Assembly: GCA_964016885.1 (NCBI GenBank)
Contig: OZ024762.1
Span: forward strand, 11,408,001 to 11,472,000
Direction: 5' to 3'
Length of the DNA: 64,000 nucleotides
Origin: Eledone cirrhosa
Taxonomy: Eukaryota
This document shows positions 13,913 through 25,200 of the stretch, piece by piece. The translations under genes were made by a program, and so were the position numbers. Position 1 is the first letter of the stretch, and every line of letters starts with the position of its first letter. The notes under the pieces are model-generated. The model made no database searches and had not been told where the DNA came from. It worked only from the letters and a program-made list of their open reading frames with translations.

Positions 13913-16369
13913 TCAAGTGGCACCACGTACAACTATCACAACCAAATAATCATCTTTAATCGGCTCAGCAGGCAGTTTAGGGGCACAGCCGAGAAGAAAG
14001 TTGTACCCAAATTGACATGGAGGGAATGCATGCAAAACTCCAACGTTTTCTTTATCCTTCGAAGGGTTGGGTGGTAATGAAATCACACCAGCGGCCTCTT
14101 TTTGTTTTAGATAGCTAACTAAATTTTTTAATGGTCTCTGTTGGATCTGTCCCACTTCGTAATTTGGTAAAGTACTGGGTAGAGCTAATAGAATACAGTG
14201 GCCGTGTGAACCGGAGGAAGTGACCCGTCTGCCAACCTCGTCTAATTTCGGCTGGTCAAGCCTTAGTCTCTGAGTAATACGAAGTACTGAGGTTTCTGTG
14301 GTGGTTGTATCTCTCATCAATGTATCAACTATGGTCACATCACCACTGACAACATGCATACGCGCTAAAAACGCACTGTTCTTCAATATAAGAGCACCAT
14401 TCCAAGCAACAGGTAAGCACTTTGCCAAATCTACTAAATTGTTCACATGCTCGGCCACGCTGAGTTCTTTCTCTGTAGGGGGGCGGGCTTTTTTGTTTAT
14501 CTCTAAACTTCTGTCGGATGCCGTTAACTCCTGCGGTAGTTTCATGTCCGGTTTGTTTTGCTCGCGGAATTCATTTTCTCTAGTAGCTGCACGGTAAATA
14601 TCAGGCCGTTCCTGACTGAGGGATCTGTATCTTTTTTGATACTCGTCGGTCGGGGAACGTCCGCCTATCCTCTTGCGTCGATCGCCACCATGAAGACTGA
14701 CGGCTCGCTCCATCACTTCTATTCGATTGCTGCTGCCTCTGTGTTCAAAATCGCGTGGGTTATCGGGATTTCGAAATACATTAATGGGATCAGCCTCAAC
14801 CTGATGCCAGGGATCACGAGGCCGGGCCTTGTCGGATACATGGGAATCGGTGAAGCCGTCAGTCCGTCTCTGGTCGCTACAGCCATAAGAAGTATTAGTA
14901 AAATCTCTTATATGATCCGTGTTATCGTATTTGCCATCAACAGACGGCGACGCAAAGGGAATATGATTAGAATCAGAAAAGTCTACCCTTAAAGAGAAGT
15001 CTTTCTCCCCGAAAGGGTTACGCCTCATTTCTTGAAAGGCCGCCTTTGCGGCATCTTTACTGTCATATAAAACATAAGCATGTGGTTTACCGGGTGGCCA
15101 TACAATACATTTTATAGCTCCAAAACGGTCAAATTCGCGATATAAAGTCTGATAGTTGATCCAAGGGCCGAGCCCTCCCACCCACAAACATGTAGTGGGA
15201 GTCACTTTACCATAACCAATCCTGCATTGAAACTTACCTATGTGCTTACCTGACATTTCAATCTTGGCTCTATGTGCACAATCCAAATTTATAAATTTAA
15301 CAAAAGCATAAGGATTACCCTGACCTCTCTGTTGTCTTTTAATGTCGATATCTTCAACAACTCCGAAGTGTTCGAAGTGTCTCCGTAACTCCGCTTCTGA
15401 AACACTGTGATCAAGGTTTCCGACGAACAAAGTCCGAGTGGCCTTCTCCTCGGTTTCCGGAGAAGGATGCCGCTGGTTCACCGGGTTCTTTTCGATGTTC
15501 CCGTGCCGTGCATCTGCATAAAGGTATTCCCTCTCCCTCGGTAAATCTCGGATAGGGTTTACGTTGCGACCAGCTCTTCGCCCAGCAACCAAAGGTAGCC
15601 CGGGGGGGATGCTTCTGTTGGCAAATCTGTCGGAAACGGCGAGGATGGCCGGCGCTCCAGGCCTTGGGATGTAGTCTGCTGCATTAGATGGACTGTTACT
15701 CCGACGACGATTGTTTAAAACTGGTTCCACGCGTATTGGTCGGTCAAAAAGAATCAAATTATTGGACTTGTCGTGTCTAGCCGCCCGTGCATCTTCAGGG
15801 TAGCGGAAATTCACATAAGCTACCATCTGGTCGCCGACAAAAGATAGCCGGATGTTAAAAACTCCAAAGCGTTCAAATTCACAATATAATCTGTCAACTA
15901 AATCGGTTTCTGTAATCTTGGGATTAAGGTTACTAATACATAATGACCGGTATGGTTCTTGGATTGTAGCTGGTGGCGCTCTGTTGTCTGCTGTCGATCG
16001 AGAGGATGACGAAGATGAAGAATTGTGACTATAATCACCGCTGCCTCCGACTCTATCATCTCGATATGGTTTCCTGGAATGTTCCACATCGTGGTCGTAT
16101 GATGGTCGATAAGATTTCCCAGCTACACCACCTCGGTTAGAATTTGTCGAAGCTCCTGCCGGAAGGATCTTAGAAGTTACAACAGCACTACTACTGCTAC
16201 TAACAGAACCAGCACAACCAGTTGTGCTAGTACTAACGGTAGTACGGCCATCGCGACGATCCATGTCTGGGCTTAATATATTCCTGTTTAAATCATGATC
16301 ACTTGTTCCATAGCTGCTTCTTAGACGCTTGCTACGAGGTGAGACGTCTCTGTCTTGCTGTCGTTTCAT
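13913..16369 (-). CDS. RBM15: RNA-binding protein 15 / spenito (SPEN family, m6A writer-complex adaptor), 818 aa, uninterrupted ORF
   Basis: Three RRMs (YRSLCISNL...AYVNF; TRTLFVGNL...AFVKF; TTCLWVGGL...AYVLY) and a C-terminal SPOC domain (AWNGALILKNS...LRITQRLRLDQPKLDEV...LVSYLKQKEAAGVISLP...YLVVIVVRG). The ORF track starts at a TTG (16408); the first in-frame ATG is 16369 (MKRQQDRD). Confidence 0.95.
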   Translation of the reverse strand: MKRQQDRDVSPRSKRLRSSYGTSDHDLNRNILSPDMDRRDGRTTVSTSTTGCAGSVSSSSSAVVTSKILPAGASTNSNRGGVAGKSYRPSYDHDVEHSRKPYRDDRVGGSGDYSHNSSSSSSSRSTADNRAPPATIQEPYRSLCISNLNPKITETDLVDRLYCEFERFGVFNIRLSFVGDQMVAYVNFRYPEDARAARHDKSNNLILFDRPIRVEPVLNNRRRSNSPSNAADYIPRPGAPAILAVSDRFANRSIPPGLPLVAGRRAGRNVNPIRDLPREREYLYADARHGNIEKNPVNQRHPSPETEEKATRTLFVGNLDHSVSEAELRRHFEHFGVVEDIDIKRQQRGQGNPYAFVKFINLDCAHRAKIEMSGKHIGKFQCRIGYGKVTPTTCLWVGGLGPWINYQTLYREFDRFGAIKCIVWPPGKPHAYVLYDSKDAAKAAFQEMRRNPFGEKDFSLRVDFSDSNHIPFASPSVDGKYDNTDHIRDFTNTSYGCSDQRRTDGFTDSHVSDKARPRDPWHQVEADPINVFRNPDNPRDFEHRGSSNRIEVMERAVSLHGGDRRKRIGGRSPTDEYQKRYRSLSQERPDIYRAATRENEFREQNKPDMKLPQELTASDRSLEINKKARPPTEKELSVAEHVNNLVDLAKCLPVAWNGALILKNSAFLARMHVVSGDVTIVDTLMRDTTTTETSVLRITQRLRLDQPKLDEVGRRVTSSGSHGHCILLALPSTLPNYEVGQIQQRPLKNLVSYLKQKEAAGVISLPPNPSKDKENVGVLHAFPPCQFGYNFLLGCAPKLPAEPIKDDYLVVIVVRGAT

Positions 16370-16455
16370 CACTTGCAGGCGAGAAGATGGAAAAATAATG
16401 AATGGCAACGTTTGTAATTCATCTATTCTTTTACTGTCAACTGAATGGCCGCCAT
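16369..16455 (-). other. Two tandem upstream ORFs in the putative RBM15 5' UTR
   Basis: uORF1 16455-16423 encodes MAAIQLTVKE*. uORF2 16422-16369 encodes MNYKRCHSLFFHLLACK*, and its TGA overlaps the main ATG (TGATG). Confidence 0.5.
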
Positions 16456-16459
16456 CTTG
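16448..16459 (-). promoter_or_regulatory. YY1/Pho-type motif CAAGATGGCGGC in the RBM15 5' region
   Basis: Plus strand gccgccatcttg, an exact match to the canonical YY1 consensus, about 80 bp upstream of the ATG. This motif is typical just downstream of housekeeping-gene TSSs. Confidence 0.6.
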
Positions 16460-16894
16460 TCTACTACCTACCTTACTGTGGAACGCAGTGCAAACGCCCA
16501 GATATTCGCAATTGCTTAAAAATCGAAAAATAAAGCCATATTTAGAAATTAATCCACGAAAATATAGTAGAATTACTAACGATGCTCATGATAAATGTAG
16601 ATAATATTTTAAATGTAAATTATACTGCAAAACATTGCGCAGTTATTAGGGAACATTTTTTTCTTCGTAATATCAATCCGCAAGGTCAGAGGTTAGCAGT
16701 GACAAGTTCCCGTTCTTTATATTCATAGTTTATTTATCTTTGTTATATTTATATATTTATATATATATATAAATTTATATACATATATAAATTTATATAT
16801 ATATTTATTTATATATATATATAAAAATTTATTTGTATATATATAAATATAAATTTATACATTCATACGTACACAAGCACAAATAAAAATGTGA

Positions 16895-16967
<73 letters not shown>

Positions 16968-17061
16968 CACACGCACACATATATATACACACGCACACAT
17001 ATATATATACACACACACACATATATATATATATACATATATACACACACATGTATATATA

Positions 17062-17106
<45 letters not shown>

Positions 17107-17484
17107 CTATATATATATAAATTAAAGTAATATATATATATATATATTATGAAATACTGTTGGCTTCACGCTTACAATAATTTCTATACTTTTCATTTAT
17201 ATATATATATATTCGTTTGTGTTGGTGATTAAAGTACGAAGTACTAGTATTTCCGTCTATGCTTTTTATTATTATTTTTTTTATATATATATAAATATAG
17301 TAATATTTTACTTCAATCTTCAGCAATCAGAAGCTGCTGTACGCAATGTTGAAGAAAGGGGGAAAAAGAAGTAGTGAGGTTTGTTAGTGAATGTGGCAGA
17401 AATATAATTCCCACCATTAGAACTACTAATCTTACATTGTTTGTTCGTTCGTTCGTTCGTTGTCGTCTCTTCCCTTCATTCATT

Positions 17485-17516
<32 letters not shown>

Positions 17517-17569
17517 ATTTTACTGTTTCTTTCTCTCTCTCTCTAACTCTTTCTCGCTCACTCATACAC

Positions 17570-18222
17570 ATGATCACATTCTTTCTCTCACACACACATG
17601 TTCACAACCAGATACACACACAGGTTCACAACCAGACATGCACACACAATCTTTATTACTTCCACACATGATCACTCCCTCACACATGCACGTTCCTTCC
17701 CTCACAAAAACACACGTTATACACATACAGGCAAATTAAAAGGCTTTTACACAAACACACACATGATCTCTCTCTCCTTCCCTCACACACAGTCACACAT
17801 GATCACTCTCTCTCTCCTTCCCTCACACACAGTCACACATGATCACTCTCTCTCTCCTTCCCTCACACACAGTCACACATGATCACTCTCTCTCTCTCCT
17901 TCCCTCACACACAGTCACACATGATCACTCTCTCTCTCCTTCCCTCACACACAGACACACATGATTACTCTCTCACTCTCCTCTCCTTCCCTCACACAGA
18001 CATATGATCGCTCTCTCTCTCTCCTTCCCTCACACAGTCACACATGATCACTCTCTCTCCTTCCCTCACACACACACACATGATCACTCTCTCTCTCTCT
18101 CCTTCCCTCACACAGACATATGATCGCTCTCTCCTTCCCTCACACAGTCACACATGATCACTCTCTCTCTCTCTCCTTCCCTCACACATGATCACTCTCC
18201 TCTCCTTCCCTCACACACAGAC
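17570..18222 (+). repeat. ~40 bp minisatellite upstream of RBM15
   Basis: About a dozen copies of cacatgatcactctctctctccttccctcacacacagtca. Confidence 0.9.
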
Positions 18223-18479
18223 AAATAAACATGCTCACACACACCGACAGATAAACACGCTCATATAGACACACACAGCTCTTATATATCCGTGTTGGTG
18301 TATATTTTATTCCGTGTGTGTATATATATCCTGATTGGATTCTCAATTAGCCATCATCGATAGAAAAATCTAATCAAATTTTTATTTTCTTTCCATATAA
18401 TCTCAAATCTCGAGCGTTTCAACACCACATAAATTATGTCGGTGTTTATATACACAGAGAAAGATTATATATTATTTAT

Positions 18480-18514
18480 AAATATATATATATATGTGTA
18501 TATATATATATATA

Positions 18515-18557
<43 letters not shown>

Positions 18558-18936
18558 ATATATATATGTGTGTGTATATATATATATGTGTGTGTATATA
18601 TATATATGTGTGTGTATATATATATGTGTATATATATATATATATATATGTGTGTGTATATATATATATGTGTATATATATATATATATATATGTGTATA
18701 TATATATATATATGTATATATATATGTGTATATATATATGTGTGTGTATATATATATGTGTGTATATATATATATGTGTGTATATATATATGTGTGTATA
18801 TATATATATGTGTGTGTGTATATATATATATATGTGTGTGTATATATATATATATATGTGTATATATATATATATATATGTGTGTATATATATATGTGTG
18901 TGTGTATATATATATATATGTGTGTATATATATATA
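18480..18936. repeat. (TA)n(TG)n compound microsatellite
   Basis: Directly visible. Confidence 0.95.
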
Positions 18937-19290
18937 GCGTGAACCTAATACCATTTGTAACTTGTAATGCTGCGTTGTTGATGTTTTTATATTCCTATAT
19001 ATATATATATATCTATATATATATATATAGGAAAATGTTCAAGACCACGACGGCAGAGTTCAAGCCGTTTCGACGGCCATTTCATATATATATGTGTGTG
19101 TATATATATATATTTATTTATTTATAATAAGAGTGATTAAAATCGAAGTTACAGTTGCGATTAGCATTTTTCGAAGTATATATCTATAAACAAATGTTGA
19201 CCAAGATGTTGTACCTCGGAGGGAGCTTTTTAGGTGCAAAACTCACGATCATTCGTGACCGAAAGGGATCTCTACTTTATACACACACAT

Positions 19291-19345
<55 letters not shown>

Positions 19346-19438
19346 ATAGAATTAACCTCCGCCAGTATCAGCGATAAGTGTTCCAGTTTTACAATCAAAC
19401 GGACAGCTTGTTGCTAAAATCAATGAGCAGCAGCACAT

Positions 19439-19496
<58 letters not shown>

Positions 19497-19639
19497 GCAC
19501 TCACACACGTGCAACTTTCTTCTACTGTGACCTGTAAGTTAGAGGACCAATCAGATAATTACTGGGATCGAAATAATCGATCGAATCATGACGGTGCCCA
19601 CCGTTGTCATAGTCGAATGACTGACTCTTGCTGAGGCAA

Positions 19640-21254
19640 CAAAAGAAGTTTCTAGCTACAAAAAAACCACTATATTGAATTTTTCTTGATCCAGAAAAAG
19701 CTTTTGATAGACTACCTCGATCTATTATCTGGCGATCCTTAAGGAAATTAGGTGTAGAAGAATGGCTTGTGAGAGTAGTGCAAGCTGTGTACAGAGGAGC
19801 TGTTAGTATAGTATGAGTAAGTTTGGGGAATTCAGGTTACAAGCAAGAGTTCAGTTCTTAACCCACTGGTATTCATCACAGTCCTCCAGGCCATAACAGA
19901 AGAGTTTAAGACTAGCTGTCTATGGGAATGATCTGATTTTAGCAGAAAAATCCAAAAACTATGATTTTTTTGGTTGCGAGAAGGATCCTTAAAGAAGATT
20001 ATTAGATTATAAGGCTGCGTGTTTAAGTTTCTTCCTGAGGAAAGGATCAGATCAGAAAGCAGTGAGGAAATATGATAAAGGTTTATTTTTCTCCGTAAAA
20101 TATTACAATAGAATATTAGGCGCCATTGTGGCATATCTCTAGGTAGGATGTTGCTGGGCCCTTGCTGAAAGGGTCAAAGTTCCTTGGTAAATGTTTCATC
20201 TTGCCAGTTGCTACAGGGAATAAGTTTAGTAACGCCCTGTTTGTACAAAAATGAAGCTGCAACTGTTCAGAAGTGAAAAGAGGCGCAAATTCCCTTGCTG
20301 GGTGGAAGTCACTGCCTGGTGTTCCTACGCCTCTGACTTACAGGCCTGTTGATTGACCAAGCGCAACCCAATTGTTCCGTCGCGGTAAGGTAGTGCCATT
20401 GCTTACTACATGATCATTATAGCTGAATCCATAAAAGAACTAGAGAATAAGTTCCGACTGTGAAAACAGAATTTGGAGTCAAATGTTCTGAGAATAACCT
20501 TAGCCAAAACTAAAGCATTAGTAAGTAGTAAAGAAGATAGGACCCGGATTCCATCAGGGAAATGGTTCTACTTAATATGTAGAAGAGAAGTAGACATAAA
20601 CTCTATAGGATGTATTGGGATAACAAGCAGACTAACAAGAAGGGAAGACTTTGTATGTAGAAGATGCAGAAATAACAACTCTGAAATATGTGACTGACTT
20701 AGGAACAAACAAATTATTTGTCACAAACTTCTTTCTCGATCACTCAATCCTAATTGTAATAACACTTAGAAGTGACTAAAAAGAAAAGTGTAAACTGATT
20801 TAAGAAATATCAAGCAGCAATGGTGGCAAGACAAAACCAAGCAAGCGCAAGAGGTAATAGATTGCACGGACACTAAAGTACCTTTCTCCTACATTGAAGA
20901 AGTATATGCTGCTTCACCAAGTTTCAGTCATCTGATGGATGTGCAATGTCAATGTGTGTGAACGACCAAGCATAGACGAGTTGAGAGAGAAACTGTGTAT
21001 AAGAGGGATAAACTGTAGTGTGGGGGAGAGAAGACTGCATTGGTATGGACATGTGATCGCTGGGTAAAGAAATACCAAGAAATCCCAGTAGAAGGAAGAT
21101 GGCAGTAGAGGAAGACCACGAAAATCACGTACGGAGGTGGTGAGAGCTGACCTCAGATCATGGAGGAGATGATGAATGGAGAGATGCTGTGCTGAATAGG
21201 ACCCGTCCCACCCTTGCAAGCAGGGAAAAGCAGACGTAAAATGATGATGATGAT
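19640..21254 (+). mobile_element. Decayed RTE-clade LINE (RT, internal Cys finger, 3' end), interrupted by insertions
   Basis: Translates in pieces: FLDPEKAFDRLPRSIIWRSLRKLGVEEWLVRVVQAVY (~19682), LESNVLRITLAKTKALVS...GKWFYLICRREVDINSIGC...SRLTRREDFVCRRC (20473-20670) and WMCNVNVCERPSIDELREKL...RRLHWYGHV...GRPRK (20936-21125), followed by a (GAT)n tail. Contains stops and frameshifts. Confidence 0.85.
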
Positions 21255-21393
21255 GGCCCACAATCCTCTTCTTACAACCTGTAAGAACTGCAGATTGTCA
21301 GTCACCCTTGACTGCTGCCTTGAACACTTCTCTGAGCTCCTAAACAAGCCCTTTAATGTTAGCATAAACATTATTGAATCAATGAAAAACGAG

Positions 21394-22240
21394 CCATCAT
21401 CATCATCATCATCATCAGTTTTATGCCTATTTTTCAACATTTGCATGGGTTGGACAGGTCCTTTGCAGCATCTCTTCACAATTACCATGTTCCTTTGTCA
21501 TCTCTCTGAGACTCAGCAATTTAAGATCAGTTCCCACCACATCTGCCCAGGTCTTCCTTGGTCCACCTCTGTTGTGGCTTCCCTCCACTTCTTTAATCAG
21601 TGATCATCATTCATGCACATCACATGTCCATACCAACACATTCTGCTCTCTTACACCACTTCTCATTCTTCTTAACCCTATCGCATATAAAACGGCTATA
21701 TCTGGCCAGAATTCTCTCACTTTTTCTTTCCCAACTGACCCCAACCGGCCACTCATACTGACTTTAAGGTATTGTTTTAAAAATAAATAATATCAAAATC
21801 TCATAGATTCAATATTATGTGAGATATTATGTAAGATAAGGCCTTTTACTGCAAAAATACAATAGTTTATAAAGAGTAGAGTAAATGTTAAAGGGTTAAA
21901 CCCAGTTTCTGTCTCAGGTTTATATCATTGATGCTCTTCCCCTTGATAACCCCTGTGTATCTTCTACATACAAAGTCTTCTCTTGTTGTTAGTCTACCTG
22001 CCAACCATACAACTGATGTTAACTGAACTTGCTCTGTGTACAAGAAGTACCTGATCAGTTGAACATATTTCCAGTGGACATAGCTTGCATAGAACTACCC
22101 CCACATCTTGACCATGAAAAATGTCCTTGGTGTGACATATGGAATAACAAGACTAAGAAATTCTTTGGCCTCGGGGTTATTTGTTTTTATTTTTTTTTTT
22201 TTTCCAGAGCTGACCATATCCTAGATTAATTACCATAACC
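21394..22240 (-). mobile_element. Second, older RTE LINE fragment in reverse orientation spanning the A/B junction; repeated through the array
   Basis: (CAT)n tail near 21395-21416. Minus strand ggtagactaacaacaagagaagactttgtatgtagaag matches 20627-20665. Removing the MITE restores ctgagacagaaactgggtttaagaaga...tggtatggacatgtgatg, homologous to the LINE 3' ORF. Confidence 0.75.
21676..21895. mobile_element. piggyBac-type MITE inside block A (present in all 9 A copies)
   Basis: TTAA|CCCTATCGCATATA...TAAATGTTAAAGGG|TTAA; the interior is the reverse complement of 1518-1722. Confidence 0.8.
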
Positions 22241-25200
22241 AAACTATACAGCCTAGTCTACCCTATGAATCAAAGATATCGCATAGTACCACCATATTAC
22301 GGGGATCCTCAGAAATAAGAGATATAGTATTATATAAGATTTATAAAATAATGATATTTAATATAATAATAATATACAATATATTTATAAAAGTAAGAAA
22401 GAAAATGAAATAAATGATAAAAATAAATAAATAAACATTTATTTGAAATTTTCTTTATACACTAGCGATATATAGAGACAGATATAAACGTATACATATG
22501 TGTGTATATGTACAAGAATCGAACGTGCTTCCCTTGATTTGTAACGTACGAGTAATTAAACGACGAAGCCCGGATGTGTTGGGAGAAAAACTGTGCATTG
22601 GAAGAGAAATGCGTGTGTGCAGATATTTGGGTCAAAAGTAGTCAAGGGGAGATAACCAAAATAAATCGTATGCCATGAACTGTCGTCTGTAGACTTGTAC
22701 TGAACCAGTTTAAAACTCCTTAAAACTTATAATAACATACATTAGCAGCAATTCTATGGATTGGAAAAGCTAGAATATTAATAGTTGATTGTTTGAGTCT
22801 CGATGGTTTTACAATTTACCCTTGGATTAGAAGTAGATACCCCATATAACACACCACTGTCAGTGACTCTTTTGTCTTTTCCGCCACATCCGAGATTAAC
22901 AAAATAAACGACAGAAATAAAATATTTTATAAAACTACCGCAGAATTATAATTATTTTTACCTATATAAAATTATTTGATGTTACCCACAATGGTAAAAA
23001 TATATACTCTCCTAATTTACCAGTTTTATGACGAGCCACACTCGATTGAAGTGGGATTAATTCATCTTGGCAACATACACAAACATATATATATTTATAT
23101 AAAAGCTCTTGTTTAAGCAGGGGTCAGGTCTACATTTATACATTTTTGTATATAGCGTAGTATTTCGTCAAACAGATATCGATAAGAAATAATATATTTA
23201 AATAAATACTACCATCAATATGTTAGCCGAAACATTTAAACAAGCTGTCCCCTGTATGACCGGAGACCTATTGAATGACTGAAATAAAATCTGTGAAAGA
23301 TCTCATTTATTTTTAATGTAATTGTTTATTTGCTTCGTTTAAAATATGTCTATGGTACTAAAACATAACTGCATCTCCCCACCTTTAAACATTAAAAACA
23401 TGAAAATTAGAAGAACCTTAGAGTTCCCCCCAAATACTCGGTCTCACTTTTACTAAGGATCTCTCATGTCTAACGTACATTTAGTAAACATGGCTGTAAC
23501 TTCTTTAAACAGACTGCCTCTTCTCTTCAACATAGTTGGAGAAGGATTAAATTTAGTTCAAAGAAAATATAAGAAAATTGTTTATATTTAACGATAGAAG
23601 CAAAATAATAATTTAATGGAGTGGGAAGGGTGATAAACAGACGAGGATGGGGACTTCGTGATTTTCCAGACAAGCTGGTACACACAAACATATATATATA
23701 TATACACGTACTTATATACATATTATATACAAACATGTACTACATACATATATATTATATACATCATGTACTACATACATATATATTATATACATCATGT
23801 ACTATATACATATATATTATATACATCATGTACTATATACATATATATATATACATGTACTACACACACACATATATATTATATACGTACATATATATAT
23901 TATATACATATAATATATACTACGTGAATATATATATATAAAATGTCCTTGCCTAATATATACATAATTCAGTGTGCCCTTGTCAAGAAATCGAACACGC
24001 CCCGCTGGGTGTGCAACAGATATACAAAATAAACGACTAAGCTCGAATAAGCTGAGAGGAAAAGCTGGTCAATAAAATAGAAATGCGTGTGTGCAAACAT
24101 TTTCATAAGAACCTAATCAAGGGGAGTTAACCAGAGTTGTATGCATGGGTGTATGTATGGTGTGTGACAGTATATATGCGCGTGCGCGTTATTAGAGTTT
24201 GGTTGTTGCAGCGGCCAGATCTAAGCTATTCTCTTTTTAACAAATCTTTTCAAACAGTTTTGGTCTGTCTGGATCTTCAAGTTATTTCAGTGGCAACATA
24301 CTCTTATTGTTAGTCTACCTGCCAACCATACAACTGATGTTAACTGAACTTGCTCTGTGTACAAGAAGTACCTGATCAGTTGAACATATTTCCAGTGGAC
24401 ATAGCTTGCATAGAACTACCCCCACATCTTGACCATGAAAAAAGTCCTTGGTGTGACATATGGAATAACAAGACTAAGAAATTCTTTGGCCTCTGGGTTA
24501 TTTGTTTTTATTTTTATTTTTTTTCCAGAGCTGACCATATCCTAGATTAATTACCATAACCAAACTATACAGCCTAGTCTACCCTATGAATCAAAGATAT
24601 CGCATAGTACCACCATATTACGGGGACCCTCAGAAATAAGAGATATAGTATTATATAAGATTTATAAAATAATGATATTTAATATAATAGTAATATAGAA
24701 TATATTTATAAATGTAAGAAAGAAAATGAAATAAATGATAAAAATAAATAAATAAACATTTATTTGAAATTTTCTTTATATACAAGCGAGAGACAGATAT
24801 AAACTTATACATATGTGTGTATATGTACAAGAATCGAACGTGCTTCCCTTTATTTGTAACGTATGAGTAATTAAACGACGAAGCCCGGATGTGTTGAGAG
24901 AAAAACTGTGTATAAGAGGAATAAACTGTAGAGTGGGGGAGAGAGGACTGCATTGGTATGGACATGTGATGCACATGCAGGATGACCGCTGGGTAAAGAA
25001 ATACCAAGAAATCCCAGTAGAAGGAAGATGCAGTAGAGGAAGACCACGAAAATCACGGATGGAGGTGGTGAGAGCTGACCTCAGATCACTGAAGATCATG
25101 GAGGAGATGATGAATGGAGAGATGCTGTGCTGAATAGGACCCGTCCCACCCTTGCAAGCAGGGAAAAGCAGACGTAAAATGATGATGATGATGGCCCACA

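Noticed and set aside
16370-16408. N-terminal extension MPFIIFPSSRLQV from the ORF track
   Set aside because: Begins at TTG; the eukaryotic start is more plausibly the ATG at 16369.
14298-16604. Plus-strand ORFs overlapping RBM15
   Set aside because: Antisense shadows of a codon-biased CDS with non-ATG starts.
22029-22229. 66 aa ORF repeated in many B blocks (MLCVQEVPDQ...)
   Set aside because: TTG start, antisense to a LINE remnant, and broken by frameshifts or stops in several copies.
22185-22440. Strong acceptor-like (T)nCCAG followed by AATAAA signals in each B block
   Set aside because: The T-run is an expanded A-run within the reversed LINE (INLG..MVSSGKK); no partner donor or exon was found.
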